Shown piece after piece: positions 14,699 to 21,922 of a stretch of 32,561 bases of DNA. The stretch comes from a virus. A program made the position numbers and the translations under genes. Location: positions 1-32,561 of the IMG/VR virus record IMGVR_UViG_3300001199_000027; one strand, 5' to 3'. Position 1 is the stretch's first letter; each line of letters begins with the position of its first letter. The notes beneath the pieces are model-generated. The model made no database searches and had not been told where the DNA came from. It saw only the letters and a list, made by a program, of their open reading frames with translations.

Positions 14699-15787
14699 AT
14701 GGCAATAGAAATAAGAACAGCCGCCCGCCGCAAAGCAAAGCTCCGTATCGGTTTCTCTGGTCCCTCGGGATCTGGAAAGACGTACTCTTCGCTGCTCGTC
14801 GCGCGCGGCCTCGTCGACTCCTGGGAGGAAGTGCTGCTCATCGATACCGAGAACGGATCGGGAGAGCTCTACTCGGATCTCGGCGCATACAAGATCATCA
14901 CGCTGACAGCACCCTTTACTCCGGAGAGCTACATCGCAGCGATCGATGCTGCCGAGGCATCCGGCGTGAAAGCGATCGTGATCGATTCCGTGTCTCATGA
15001 GTGGGACGGGAAGGGCGGACTGCTCGAGGCGAATGAGCTCCTCGCGCGTGCGAAGTTCAAAGGCAATACCTGGGCCGCATGGTCCGAGACGACGCCACGC
15101 CATCAGAAGTTCATCCAGTCGATCGTGCAGTCCGGCTGCCATCTGATCACTACCGCCCGAGCGAAGACTGATACGGTCCAGGTCGACGGAAAGGTGAAAA
15201 AGGTCGGAACGAAAGAGATCCAGCGTGAGGGATTCGAGTACGAGCTCACGGTCAACTTCAACCTCGATCGCGATGGCAACTATGCGATCGCATCGAAGGA
15301 CCGTACCGAGATCTTCATCCATCGAGATCCCTTCGTCATTTCCCAGAAGACCGGAGAGGAGCTCCGCGCCTGGAACGAAGCTGGCATCGATGCGCCAGAT
15401 CCTCGGATCGTTAAGGCGAAGAAGGATATAGTCGCTCGCCTCAAGTACCTGGGCACCACTGATCTCGCGAATGCAGCAGCGGACGTAAAGCGTCTCACTG
15501 GCCTCGATCTCACACCAGAGAACTATGAGGAGATCATTGCGCGCCTGGGCGCTATAGCACAGGAACGCCAGGAAGCCGCGAAGGCAGCTCCACCGGCACA
15601 CGCTCCAGAGGCTCAAAATGCCCCTGTAGAGGTCGCGCCAGCGCCGGTAGCCCCTTCGCCCGTTTCGGCACCCGAACCGGCTCCTACGCCTGAACCAGCC
15701 GCAGATCCGGAGGCCACAGTTTACGTTAAGGACACCACCCTGGCGTATCCGGACGAAGATATCAACCCCGAGGATATTCCCTTCTAG
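14699..15787 (+). CDS. Sak4-like / AAA_24-type RecA-superfamily ATPase (recombination) with a Pro/Ala-rich linker and an SSB-like acidic C-terminal tip
   Basis: Walker A GFSGPSGSGKT, LLIDTENG, and Walker B-like AIVIDSVSHEW. The core length and order match phage Sak4/AAA_24 proteins. The C-terminus is ...PDEDINPEDIPF. Confidence 0.75.
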   Translation: MAIEIRTAARRKAKLRIGFSGPSGSGKTYSSLLVARGLVDSWEEVLLIDTENGSGELYSDLGAYKIITLTAPFTPESYIAAIDAAEASGVKAIVIDSVSHEWDGKGGLLEANELLARAKFKGNTWAAWSETTPRHQKFIQSIVQSGCHLITTARAKTDTVQVDGKVKKVGTKEIQREGFEYELTVNFNLDRDGNYAIASKDRTEIFIHRDPFVISQKTGEELRAWNEAGIDAPDPRIVKAKKDIVARLKYLGTTDLANAAADVKRLTGLDLTPENYEEIIARLGAIAQERQEAAKAAPPAHAPEAQNAPVEVAPAPVAPSPVSAPEPAPTPEPAADPEATVYVKDTTLAYPDEDINPEDIPF

Positions 15788-15790
15788 CCT

Positions 15791-16009
15791 ATGGGAGTAC
15801 GAAAATACCCTCACGAAGAGGCAGAACGCGGTCCTGGGAAATGCAATGGTTGCCAGAAGAAGCTCACGCGCATCGTCCGCTACGGCGGCGGCCATAAGTT
15901 CAGCACCGTCGAATGCGGCGAGGCGCACATCTGCATCACCGCTGACTGCACCCGTTCGGTAGATCTCTCAAAGGTCCCGAGCTGGCGGATACCAACTGCT
16001 CACGCCTAA
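15791..16009 (+). CDS. Hypothetical Cys-rich (zinc-ribbon-like) protein
   Basis: 72 aa with CNGC ... CGEAHIC...C. Joined to the previous gene by a TAGCCTATG junction. Confidence 0.55.
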   Translation: MGVRKYPHEEAERGPGKCNGCQKKLTRIVRYGGGHKFSTVECGEAHICITADCTRSVDLSKVPSWRIPTAHA

Positions 16010-16013
16010 GCCT

Positions 16014-16199
16014 ATGGAAGACATCCAGGAAGGATCGAGACGAGTGAAGTGCGTCGAAGAGGAGTGCTTCCATGAGATCTTCGTGATCGAACCGCACGAG
16101 ATCGAGTGGTACCGGACTCAAGGCTTCCCGCTCCCGAAGCGCTGCCCGCCATGCCGTGAACGTCGTCGTCTGAAAAAAGAAGAAGAAGCCCGATCGTAA
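16014..16199 (+). CDS. Zinc-ribbon protein (zf-trcl-like)
   Basis: KCVEEECFHEIFVIEPHEIEWYRTQGFPLPKRCPPCRERRR matches the C..C-F-f...E..fy...Gf..P.RC..CR pattern of that small zinc-ribbon family. Confidence 0.6.
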   Translation: MEDIQEGSRRVKCVEEECFHEIFVIEPHEIEWYRTQGFPLPKRCPPCRERRRLKKEEEARS

Positions 16200-16205
16200 A
16201 GATCA

Positions 16206-16251
16206 GGCTCTCGCCGGGTCCGCGGAAAATGCGCGGGCCCTACCGAGAGCC
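16206..16251 (+). other. Long bipartite GC-rich hairpin. Could be a U-tract-less terminator, an RNA stabiliser, or part of the origin-proximal region.
   Basis: Outer stem ggctctcg / cgagagcc (16206..16213 with 16244..16251). Inner 9-bp stem gggtccgcg / cgcgggccc with one G-U pair and loop gaaaatg. Confidence 0.5.
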
Positions 16252-16263
16252 CGTATCCCCAAC

Positions 16264-16308
16264 TTATCCACCTGTAATCCACATGCAGATATGCCGACCG
16301 CCCCGCAT
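16264..16308 (+). promoter_or_regulatory. Two DnaA-box-like 9-mers plus a CCGACCGC-type motif upstream of, or overlapping, the initiator gene start
   Basis: TTATCCACC 16264..16272, TAATCCACA 16275..16283, TGCCGACCGCCCCGCAT 16292..16308, and CATAAT 16304..16309. Confidence 0.45.
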
Positions 16309-17067
16309 AATGAAGAAATCATGACGACCTCCATGCAATATCCGGATTTCCTGATCATCCCGTACCAGCTCCTCGCTGATGCGAACCTGGTCGCGAGCGA
16401 TCGGATCGTCTATGCGATCGTGTACTGGTTCGCGAACATGAAGCTCGAGAAGTGCACGGCGAGCAACGTCACCCTCGGGAAGTTCTCCATGATCGACCCG
16501 AAGCAGGTAGGGAAATGCCTGGTCCGCCTCGAGGAGAATGGCTACATCCAGAGGATCTATTCGGATCCAGAGACCATGAAGAATCGGACCGAGATCGTGC
16601 CCCTGGTCGCCTTCACGAAGAACGTCGTCGGCAAGGGGTACCGCCTGCAGGCGGTACCGCCTGGAAGCGGAACTGGTACCGCCCACAGGCGGATCAACGT
16701 ACCGCCTGCAGGCGGACAGAGAAGTAATACTAAAAGTAAAAGGAATAGTATTGCGGCATCCGCCGCGGCGGCCACTCCGGCTCCGCCATTCAATGCAACG
16801 GAAACGAAGACCAAATGGTACGAGGGAGACAAGGAAGACTTTCAGCTCCTCGCCTGGTTTTTCGATCAGAAGGGCCTCTGGAAGAAGTTCGACTCCCGTG
16901 CGAAGGTAGAGCACGCGGTCCAGCGCCACATCCGGAGCTGCCGCCGGATCGTGAATGCCGGATGGAGCCAGGGCGAGTGCGAGAAGGCAGCCAGCAAGAT
17001 GAAGGAGAACGAGAAGCTCCGATCCGAATGGACGCTCGAGACGCTTGAAAAATATCTAACAAAATAA
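16291..17067 (+). CDS. Replication initiator-like protein (N-terminal winged HTH, low-complexity linker, C-terminal domain), analogous to lambda O
   Basis: LIIPYQLLADANLVASDRIVYAIVYWFANMKLEKCTASNVTLGKFSMIDPKQVGKCLVRLEENGYIQR is wHTH-like. Iterons and an AT-rich stretch lie inside the ORF. The true start may be ATG 16321, because 16291 lies within the regulatory motif. Confidence 0.65.
   Translation: MPTAPHNEEIMTTSMQYPDFLIIPYQLLADANLVASDRIVYAIVYWFANMKLEKCTASNVTLGKFSMIDPKQVGKCLVRLEENGYIQRIYSDPETMKNRTEIVPLVAFTKNVVGKGYRLQAVPPGSGTGTAHRRINVPPAGGQRSNTKSKRNSIAASAAAATPAPPFNATETKTKWYEGDKEDFQLLAWFFDQKGLWKKFDSRAKVEHAVQRHIRSCRRIVNAGWSQGECEKAASKMKENEKLRSEWTLETLEKYLTK
16639..16771. repeat. Candidate replication origin: four 16-nt iterons, an AT-rich unwinding stretch and a related palindrome
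   Basis: TACCGCCTGCAGGCGG at 16639 and 16700. TACCGCCTGGAAGCGG at 16655. TACCGCCCACAGGCGG at 16677. An AT-rich 33-mer at 16720..16752 has 7 G/C. CCGCCGCGGCGG at 16760..16771. Confidence 0.65.
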
Positions 17068-17070
17068 TTT

Positions 17071-17649
17071 ATGGTCCAACAGACACGAAGCACACGCAGG
17101 TTCTCATCTCCCGGAAGCGCAGAGCGCGATGCGGTCGAGGATCAGTGGAAGATCCTCACCACCCGCCAGTTCGATGAATACGAGCTCGAGGAGTTCGATA
17201 AGCGCCTCGCAGATTTTAATTCCCTCCGGACCGTAAAGGATCTCGAGCGGTACTATGTGCACGTAGGTGCTGCCCGCTGGGGATACCCACCAAACCAGAA
17301 GATGCTGATCTACTTCCGCGATAAGGAAAACCCTGCGCACCTCTGCATCGATCGCGTCGATAACAAGATCTCGCAATGGAGCGACTGGCGCCGGAAGAAG
17401 TTCCCGCTCTCCCGGATCAACGACTATGCGAAGATGGCACGAGAGACCGCGCAGCATGCACGCATCGACGGGTATGATCTGGGCGAGCTCGCGTCGGAGT
17501 TTCCGGAGGAGAAGCCGCTGCCGAAGATCGGCCGCAACACCCTCACCCGGTCCGGCCTGAATCGTTATTTCAAGAATCATGGGCAGCACTATCAGATCCC
17601 GGAAGGGACGACCGTGATCGAAGATGAAGAACCGTTATCCACAGGGTAG
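17071..17649 (+). CDS. Hypothetical early protein in the position of a replication accessory or loader (function unknown)
   Basis: 192-aa ORF immediately after the initiator gene. I recognised no motif. Confidence 0.55.
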   Translation: MVQQTRSTRRFSSPGSAERDAVEDQWKILTTRQFDEYELEEFDKRLADFNSLRTVKDLERYYVHVGAARWGYPPNQKMLIYFRDKENPAHLCIDRVDNKISQWSDWRRKKFPLSRINDYAKMARETAQHARIDGYDLGELASEFPEEKPLPKIGRNTLTRSGLNRYFKNHGQHYQIPEGTTVIEDEEPLSTG

Positions 17650-17687
17650 GGATGCCGACCGCTCGGCATAGAAAAATGTGCTATAGT
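17635..17687 (+). promoter_or_regulatory. Composite element (TTATCCACA-N11-CCGACCGCTCGGCAT) followed by an extended -10-like TGCTATAGT
   Basis: TTATCCACA 17635..17643, CCGACCGCTCGGCAT 17655..17669, TGCTATAGT 17679..17687. An AAACAAACAAACA leader follows, leading to ATG 17715. Confidence 0.5.
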
Positions 17688-17714
17688 CCTTAAGTACCCG
17701 TAAACAAACAAACA

Positions 17715-18053
17715 ATGTCAAACCACGATTTCGATATACCAAAGTCCCTCCGCCGCGATTCAAAAGAGTCGAGGCACTGGCACCAGGTCAAGATTCCGAC
17801 CCCGTTCCAGGAAACGCTGGGCATGATTTTAAGCGCCGTGTTCATGGTCATATTCGTCGGCCTTCTGGTCGTCCTCGCCGTCGCCCTCGAGACACCGGAG
17901 GATGCTAAGGCAGACGGCCTCGCATATGCACCGAAGATCCAGGTGAACGGAAAGCTGCAGACCGCTTCCGATTTCTGCATCATGGCCCGTGCTGATCACA
18001 AGACGATCGGAGAGAAAATGACCGGCGATCTCGCCGCTCTCTGCGGAAAATAG
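17715..18053 (+). CDS. Membrane protein (single TM)
   Basis: 112 aa with the hydrophobic helix GMILSAVFMVIFVGLLVVLAVAL. It is preceded by the A/C-rich leader. Confidence 0.6.
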   Translation: MSNHDFDIPKSLRRDSKESRHWHQVKIPTPFQETLGMILSAVFMVIFVGLLVVLAVALETPEDAKADGLAYAPKIQVNGKLQTASDFCIMARADHKTIGEKMTGDLAALCGK

Positions 18054-18055
18054 AT

Positions 18056-18577
18056 ATGGCTGACCGACCTGTAAAATTCACGGCCTCCGTATGCGGCGGA
18101 TGCGATCAGACGAAGGACTATGCGATGGCGCTCGATCGTGGGACCGCGCTCATCATGATGGCCTTCGCGAATGCAGTACGCCGGCTGGACCGGAACCGCA
18201 TCCACGTCACGGATGAAATGATCGGCGCGGCTGCACGCGGCGATGATTTCTTCCGCCAGATCGAGCAGGGCTTCATGACGCTATCGATGCAGCACAATAT
18301 CGCGAAGCCCCGCTATCACGGACTGCTCGCATTCGCCGGCCGCGGGTCCGGGGAATACATCCTCACGAGGAAGGGCGCCGAATTCCTGAAAGGCGGAAAG
18401 GTTCCGCGCGTCGCGATCATCGATAAGGTCCACGGAAAGAATGCGGGATACTGGGAGCCAGGAGGCGAAGTCACCATCCTGCAGCTCCTCCGATCGCGCG
18501 GCGAGTTCTGGGACTGGGATATGACGACCGTCGAGCACACTGCAGAACATACCAACCTAACCGAATCACTCTTATGA
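18056..18577 (+). CDS. Hypothetical early protein
   Basis: 173-aa ORF on the same strand, tightly packed against its neighbours. Confidence 0.6.
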   Translation: MADRPVKFTASVCGGCDQTKDYAMALDRGTALIMMAFANAVRRLDRNRIHVTDEMIGAAARGDDFFRQIEQGFMTLSMQHNIAKPRYHGLLAFAGRGSGEYILTRKGAEFLKGGKVPRVAIIDKVHGKNAGYWEPGGEVTILQLLRSRGEFWDWDMTTVEHTAEHTNLTESLL

Positions 18578-18792
18578 AAGACGAACGATGCCCATCCTGC
18601 GAGCGCCTTACGCTGATGGATCAGAAAAGCTACTACCTCCGCCTCGCCGGCGTCATGGCCTGCCTCGCAATAGTATTCTTCCCTCTCATCCCGTTCTTCC
18701 TGATCGTGATCCTCGCGCTCGTGATCTACGCATACCGCGTGAAGCCGGGAAGCACGATCTGCGCGAAGTGCCGTTATACGCCCCGTGTATAA
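18574..18792 (+). CDS. Small membrane protein with flanking CxxC pairs
   Basis: CPSC ... TM (LAGVMACLAIVFFPLIPFFLIVILALVIYAY) ... CAKC. ATGA overlap with the upstream gene. Confidence 0.55.
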   Translation: MKDERCPSCERLTLMDQKSYYLRLAGVMACLAIVFFPLIPFFLIVILALVIYAYRVKPGSTICAKCRYTPRV

Positions 18793-18801
18793 AATTCACC
18801 T

Positions 18802-19059
18802 ATGACTGATTTCCCAATGTACGACGGTCCTTTCACTCCCGAGCATATCGCTGCTCTGAAGGCGAGTCGCTGCCCGTTCTGCGGATCCGATCTATACCCG
18901 AAGGAGGCGATGATCTACTGCCAACAAGTGATCGATGATTCCGAGGGCGGAGAAACCGGCTGCCAGTTCTGGACCTCACAGGCATACGCGCAGGGATGGA
19001 TCGGAACGAATCCATGGTCCTTCGATGTGAAGCTGATCAACCGAGAGCCGCCAGCATGA
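18802..19059 (+). CDS. Hypothetical small Cys-containing protein
   Basis: 85 aa (CPFC...C...C), preceded by a CCTATG junction. Confidence 0.55.
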   Translation: MTDFPMYDGPFTPEHIAALKASRCPFCGSDLYPKEAMIYCQQVIDDSEGGETGCQFWTSQAYAQGWIGTNPWSFDVKLINREPPA

Positions 19060-19271
19060 AGTACGATCCTTCCGTCGTCGACTGCGGCATATACCGAGGA
19101 GTAGCGTGGGCAGACGTCCCGCTCAATTATCTCTTTTATCAGGTGAATCACACGAACAGGAAAGCGCCGTTCCACATCAAATGCCGGGCCGAAGTAGTAC
19201 GCCGATACGCACTGATGGGACAGCCTGATCCGTGGGCGAAGGAATCCGATCATGAAAAAGCGAACACCTAA
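19056..19271 (+). CDS. Hypothetical small protein
   Basis: ATG 19056 forms an ATGA overlap with the previous stop and is in frame with track ORF 18996..19271. Starts MKYDPSVVDCGIYRGVAWADVPLNYLFYQV.... Confidence 0.5.
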   Translation: MKYDPSVVDCGIYRGVAWADVPLNYLFYQVNHTNRKAPFHIKCRAEVVRRYALMGQPDPWAKESDHEKANT

Positions 19272-19416
19272 CACACGCAGATCGGCATATTTCTACATCT
19301 GCATAGGCGGCTGCGGCCGTAAGCGCGTGACGTTCGATTTCGCCCGCTTCACCCGGAAGGAATGCGCGCGCTGCGAGAACGATAAACCGGATCCTAACCA
19401 GGCAACACTTATATGA
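19252..19416 (+). CDS. Possible 54-aa zinc-ribbon protein (below the track length cutoff)
   Basis: MKKRTPNTRRSAYFYICIGGCGRKRVTFDFARFTRKECARCEND.... It fills the gap and ends in an ATGA overlap with the next gene. Confidence 0.4.
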   Translation: MKKRTPNTRRSAYFYICIGGCGRKRVTFDFARFTRKECARCENDKPDPNQATLI

Positions 19417-19754
19417 TCGAGACGTATACAGGCACTGGCGTCGTCATAAATCAGATCATGGCTCGGGAATACGGATACTCGCAGGAGAACATATCGCGGG
19501 CGCGCACACATCCGAAAGGACTGCTGCAGCAGGAAGGTCTCCCGGACGTATACCTCACCACCCTGCTCGAAAGCACGAACGTCGCCCCTCGAGGTCCGGA
19601 GATCCTGAACCGCACGCAGCGCCGCATGCTCGATCGCACGAATCCATCCTGCCGGAACTGCTCGATCAGATGGTCCGATCGTTTCGATATGTGGAGTACG
19701 TGCACCGTTCAGTCACCGCCATCTTTAATCGCCGAAGGCCATCGTTTCCTATGA
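19413..19754 (+). CDS. Hypothetical early protein
   Basis: 113-aa ORF with ATGA overlaps at both ends. Confidence 0.5.
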   Translation: MIETYTGTGVVINQIMAREYGYSQENISRARTHPKGLLQQEGLPDVYLTTLLESTNVAPRGPEILNRTQRRMLDRTNPSCRNCSIRWSDRFDMWSTCTVQSPPSLIAEGHRFL

Positions 19755-20002
19755 CTCAAAAACAGCAATACCTCGCCGCCGGTCTCAAGCTGATGCCTTC
19801 CGGACGGATCAACACGTACCAGATGGCGCGCATCACCGGCCGCCTCGGCAGCAAGAAGGATCACACCTGGATGCGGGATCCGAAACGATCCGGCAAGGGC
19901 CAGCATTCGTGCTGCGGATCGAAGAGAGATTATTACCACAAAGTAGCCTGCCCTCTGACGATGGAGGGACCAGACGATCTAAGCGACCTAAAAGATATAT
20001 GA
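19751..20002 (+). CDS. Hypothetical basic protein
   Basis: ATG 19751 (CCTATGA junction) is in frame with track ORF 19670..20002. Confidence 0.5.
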   Translation: MTQKQQYLAAGLKLMPSGRINTYQMARITGRLGSKKDHTWMRDPKRSGKGQHSCCGSKRDYYHKVACPLTMEGPDDLSDLKDI

Positions 20003-20127
20003 AACCGTACATGACAGAGCAGGAGATGCAGGCGCGCATACGTGTCCTGACGATCGCATCGATCCTCCAAGGGATCGCGATCATACTCCTCGGGATCACC
20101 TGCGTGATGATGAGCGTCCGGATATGA
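19999..20127 (+). CDS. Possible 42-aa membrane peptide
   Basis: MKPYMTEQEMQARIRVLTIASILQGIAIILLGITCVMMSVRI, with ATGA overlaps on both sides. Confidence 0.4.
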   Translation: MKPYMTEQEMQARIRVLTIASILQGIAIILLGITCVMMSVRI

Positions 20128-20591
20128 CCGTATACAGCTTCCTGGTCCACGGAAACCACGAAGACGTCACCGGCAACCCCGTCCCCTTCCAGCGCGTCAT
20201 AAAGCAGAAAATGCGGGCTTCTGCAGCCCGCTATCTCATGTGGCAGCAATACGTCCGCGCTTGCTTTTACGACTATGCGAATAAGAACGGGATCCGGATC
20301 CTGGGCATGAAGCACCCGATCGAGCTCGCCAAGGGCCAGCGCTGCATGATGCTGATCCTGATCGGCTGGGCCAATGGGCATCACGGAGATACGGATAACG
20401 TCTGGAAAGGGATCGCCGATGCTCTCTTCGTGAACGATAAGGACATCGATGTATTCGCTGCGGGCATCGCATCGAACATGAAACGCGGATACGTGCACAT
20501 CCGCATCGTGATCCTGGAAGCCGGAGAGTCGTACGATCCGCTCGCGCTAGTCCGAACCGAAACGGTACCCTTGTCCACATACCACGAGTGA
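20124..20591 (+). CDS. rusA: RusA-like Holliday junction resolvase
   Basis: HHGDTDNVWKGIADALFVNDKDI matches the RusA motif D.DN..K...Dal......DD..v. The size of 155 aa is compatible. Confidence 0.6.
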   Translation: MTVYSFLVHGNHEDVTGNPVPFQRVIKQKMRASAARYLMWQQYVRACFYDYANKNGIRILGMKHPIELAKGQRCMMLILIGWANGHHGDTDNVWKGIADALFVNDKDIDVFAAGIASNMKRGYVHIRIVILEAGESYDPLALVRTETVPLSTYHE

Positions 20592-20623
20592 TGCCGAGCA
20601 AGAGGATGCTATCGTGACAGCAC

Positions 20624-20869
20624 ATGCCGAGCCTCGGGAAGAACATTCGCCCAGAGGTGCTAGAGCTTGCGGAGCGACTCCGTGAATATCAGCACCGGCA
20701 GGACGTATGGGCAGACCTGATACGGCGTGGTGTTCTCGTGAAGGAGAAGAAGGGACGAGGACGCCCACCGAAAACACTCGAAGCGATCATGGAAGAGGAT
20801 CCAGTCGCAGAGGATGAGGAGGCAGACGACACTGAATTTTTAACCACTAACGAATCACCCTATGGATGA
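20624..20869 (+). CDS. Small protein with an AT-hook-like GRGRP motif and an acidic tail
   Basis: 81 aa: ...KEKKGRGRPPKTLEAIMEEDPVAEDEEADD.... Confidence 0.5.
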   Translation: MPSLGKNIRPEVLELAERLREYQHRQDVWADLIRRGVLVKEKKGRGRPPKTLEAIMEEDPVAEDEEADDTEFLTTNESPYG

Positions 20870-21332
20870 AGATCTGCAGAACGAGTTTAGAAAGGATCAG
20901 ATCAAGGTATGGAAGCGGGACGCCTGGAATAAGCTCTGCCAGGCATCGATGCTCGCCCGGACCATGCAAGAGCTGACCGTCACCCGGAATCAGGCAGCAA
21001 AACTGGCCGACGAGCTCGACGTCACTCTTAAGCAGATGAAGGGAGACACCAGCCCGGAAGGAAATACCAAGCAGCACCGGGATAATATCAAGTCTCTCGC
21101 AGACACCATCCGGAAGGTCCGTGAATCGCTCGAGACATACGATAAGCAGTACGAGGAGGATCGCAAGACGATGAACCTCGAGCGCAGCAAGGCGATGCAC
21201 CTCCTGAAGCTCTGCACCTACGCAGAGACGTACACGTACAACGCTCCGCCAGAAGCCGCTGATGCACCTCCTGTAGAGGCGTACAGCGCAGAAGCAGCCG
21301 GCCAGAAGCCAGCACTCGATATAGCAGCATAG
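20862..21332 (+). CDS. Hypothetical coiled-coil protein
   Basis: 156 aa, charged and helical in composition, with a CCTATG junction. Confidence 0.55.
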   Translation: MDEDLQNEFRKDQIKVWKRDAWNKLCQASMLARTMQELTVTRNQAAKLADELDVTLKQMKGDTSPEGNTKQHRDNIKSLADTIRKVRESLETYDKQYEEDRKTMNLERSKAMHLLKLCTYAETYTYNAPPEAADAPPVEAYSAEAAGQKPALDIAA

Positions 21333-21334
21333 CC

Positions 21335-21517
21335 ATGGGACGCGCGAAACAGCTCAAGGCGACGCGAAAGGAAGCACGCAGACAGGTATCCTCATTCATC
21401 GAATCAGAGGGCGCACAGCTCGCTCGCAGGATCATGAAGGACCGTCCACGCTTCATGCCGAAGTTCCTCTGGAGGCTGATCGCACGTATCAACATCAAGG
21501 TTCCGATAGATCTCTAG
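21335..21517 (+). CDS. Hypothetical small basic protein
   Basis: 60-aa ORF with a TAGCCATG junction. It is the last gene before the structured non-coding region. Confidence 0.45.
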   Translation: MGRAKQLKATRKEARRQVSSFIESEGAQLARRIMKDRPRFMPKFLWRLIARINIKVPIDL

Positions 21518-21700
21518 CGCGTTAGGCGCGCAGAGGGAGGGAGCCTTAGACGCCTCGCCCCACTGCACCCTGGGCCTCGAGCACGCGCCGAGTGATCACG
21601 CATCCGCGAGGACGTGACAGCATACGTGTCGGCTGGACATACACCTCGAGCAGCTCCCTGCCCCTGCGCACCTGATCGCATTACCAGTTATAATTTCAGT

Positions 21701-21916
21701 ATGATCACTATCGATAAGATGAAAGCAAAGCCGAAGGTATCGGCGCAGAAGATGGCGGACGATCTCATCGCCGGCAACCCGGTAGAGGCCGCTCCCGCAG
21801 TTCCTACGTTCGAGATGGAGCTCAAGCTGACCGGATCACTCGAGGATATTCGCGAGATTGTTGATTTCGTGAAAAGCAAGGCAACACAAAGCTCGACTGC
21901 CGTCAAAACGTCGTAA
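21701..21916 (+). CDS. Hypothetical small protein, first gene of the packaging/late unit
   Basis: ATG 21701 lies 7 nt after TATAAT (21689..21694) and is in frame with track ORF 21614, whose upstream part lies in the structured GC-rich region. Confidence 0.5.
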   Translation: MITIDKMKAKPKVSAQKMADDLIAGNPVEAAPAVPTFEMELKLTGSLEDIREIVDFVKSKATQSSTAVKTS

Positions 21917-21922
21917 AACGAT

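Noticed and set aside
14543-15928. 461-aa ORF on the minus strand, the longest antisense ORF in the window
   Set aside because: It lies entirely antisense to the well-supported Sak4-like ATPase and neighbouring genes. Its translation is Arg/Cys/Leu-rich with no motifs. It is a typical shadow ORF in GC-biased coding DNA.
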